The notes under the pieces: generated by a model
Databases searched by the model: none
Told to the model about the DNA's origin: nothing
The model's input: the letters and a program-made list of their open reading frames with translations, nothing else
Part shown: piece by piece, positions 63,556-64,000 of the stretch
Numbering within the stretch: position 1 is the first letter of the stretch
Layout of the letters: every line of letters starts with the position of its first letter
Translations under genes and position numbers: made by a program
Virus record (IMG/VR): IMGVR_UViG_3300021479_000013
Location: 1 to 64,000 of that record
From: a virus
Length of the DNA: 64,000 nucleotides
Direction: 5' to 3' (one strand)

Positions 63556-63951
63556 ATGACACAGGCAGAAAGCAACAAAAAGTACTACGATACCAACAGA
63601 TTGAAACTTCTAGAAGAGTTGAAAAAGAAAAGAGCAACCTTCAGCAAAAAGAAGTGGGCGCGCATAAAAGAATTGGGGCGCTTAGCAAATAGAAAAAGGC
63701 TCTATAATTTGAGTGAAGAGCAGTATCAAAAGAAGCTGTCTAATCAGGGAAACAAGTGTGCCATCTGCAGAATTAAGATGAGCAAACCAGGGGTTGACCA
63801 CAACCGAGCTTGTTGCAATAGGGAAGGAAGTTGTGGCAAATGTGTACGCGGCATTCTTTGCTCGAACTGCAATTCAATTCTAGGTTTTGCCAAAGACAGT
63901 ATTAAAAATCTTCGTAATGCAATCGAATATCTCAAAGGATACAAACAATGA
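63556..63951 (+). CDS. Endonuclease VII-like HNH homing endonuclease
   Basis: YNLSEEQY..QGNKCAIC..VDHN..CVRGILCSNCN; AT-rich; own TGTGGTATACT -10. Confidence 0.88.
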   Translation: MTQAESNKKYYDTNRLKLLEELKKKRATFSKKKWARIKELGRLANRKRLYNLSEEQYQKKLSNQGNKCAICRIKMSKPGVDHNRACCNREGSCGKCVRGILCSNCNSILGFAKDSIKNLRNAIEYLKGYKQ

Positions 63952-64000
63952 GCATCATCACACAGCCAGACCAGCCCTTCATCAAGGGGCCAGACGTTGA

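Noticed and set aside
1-64000. Integrase/lysogeny module or stop-codon reassignment
   Set aside because: No recombinase or CI-like repressor was recognised in this window; genes are full length in the standard code and no suppressor tRNA was seen.

Overview
This window is a 64-kb segment of a tailed dsDNA bacteriophage genome (Caudoviricetes). The host may be Acidobacteriota, which is an inference from protein resemblances only. Bases 1-43.9k are transcribed leftward and carry, reading from right to left: cassette-like early genes behind eight near-identical GTAC-boxed promoters; nucleotide metabolism genes; a replication/recombination module (SSB, prim-pol, a split family A DNA polymerase, SSAP, UvrD, PD-(D/E)XK nuclease); an 11-kb, 14-gene sugar biosynthesis/glycosyltransferase cluster; and a GH108 lysin. 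A repeat-rich non-coding switch lies at about 43.85-44.7k. Bases 44.7k-64k are transcribed rightward and carry hypothetical genes, three tRNAs embedded in a dense array of non-tRNA structured RNA candidates, terminase, portal, scaffold and major capsid protein. The most notable signals are (1) the structured ncRNA array with a long-variable-arm tRNA-Asn, (2) the glycan cluster combining an ABO-like GT31/GT11/GT6 trio with a His-type 3-dehydrase and a miniature TPP enzyme pair, (3) the GTAC-N4-GTAC promoter regulon, and (4) the split PolA. All calls come from reading motifs by eye; no database searches were run.
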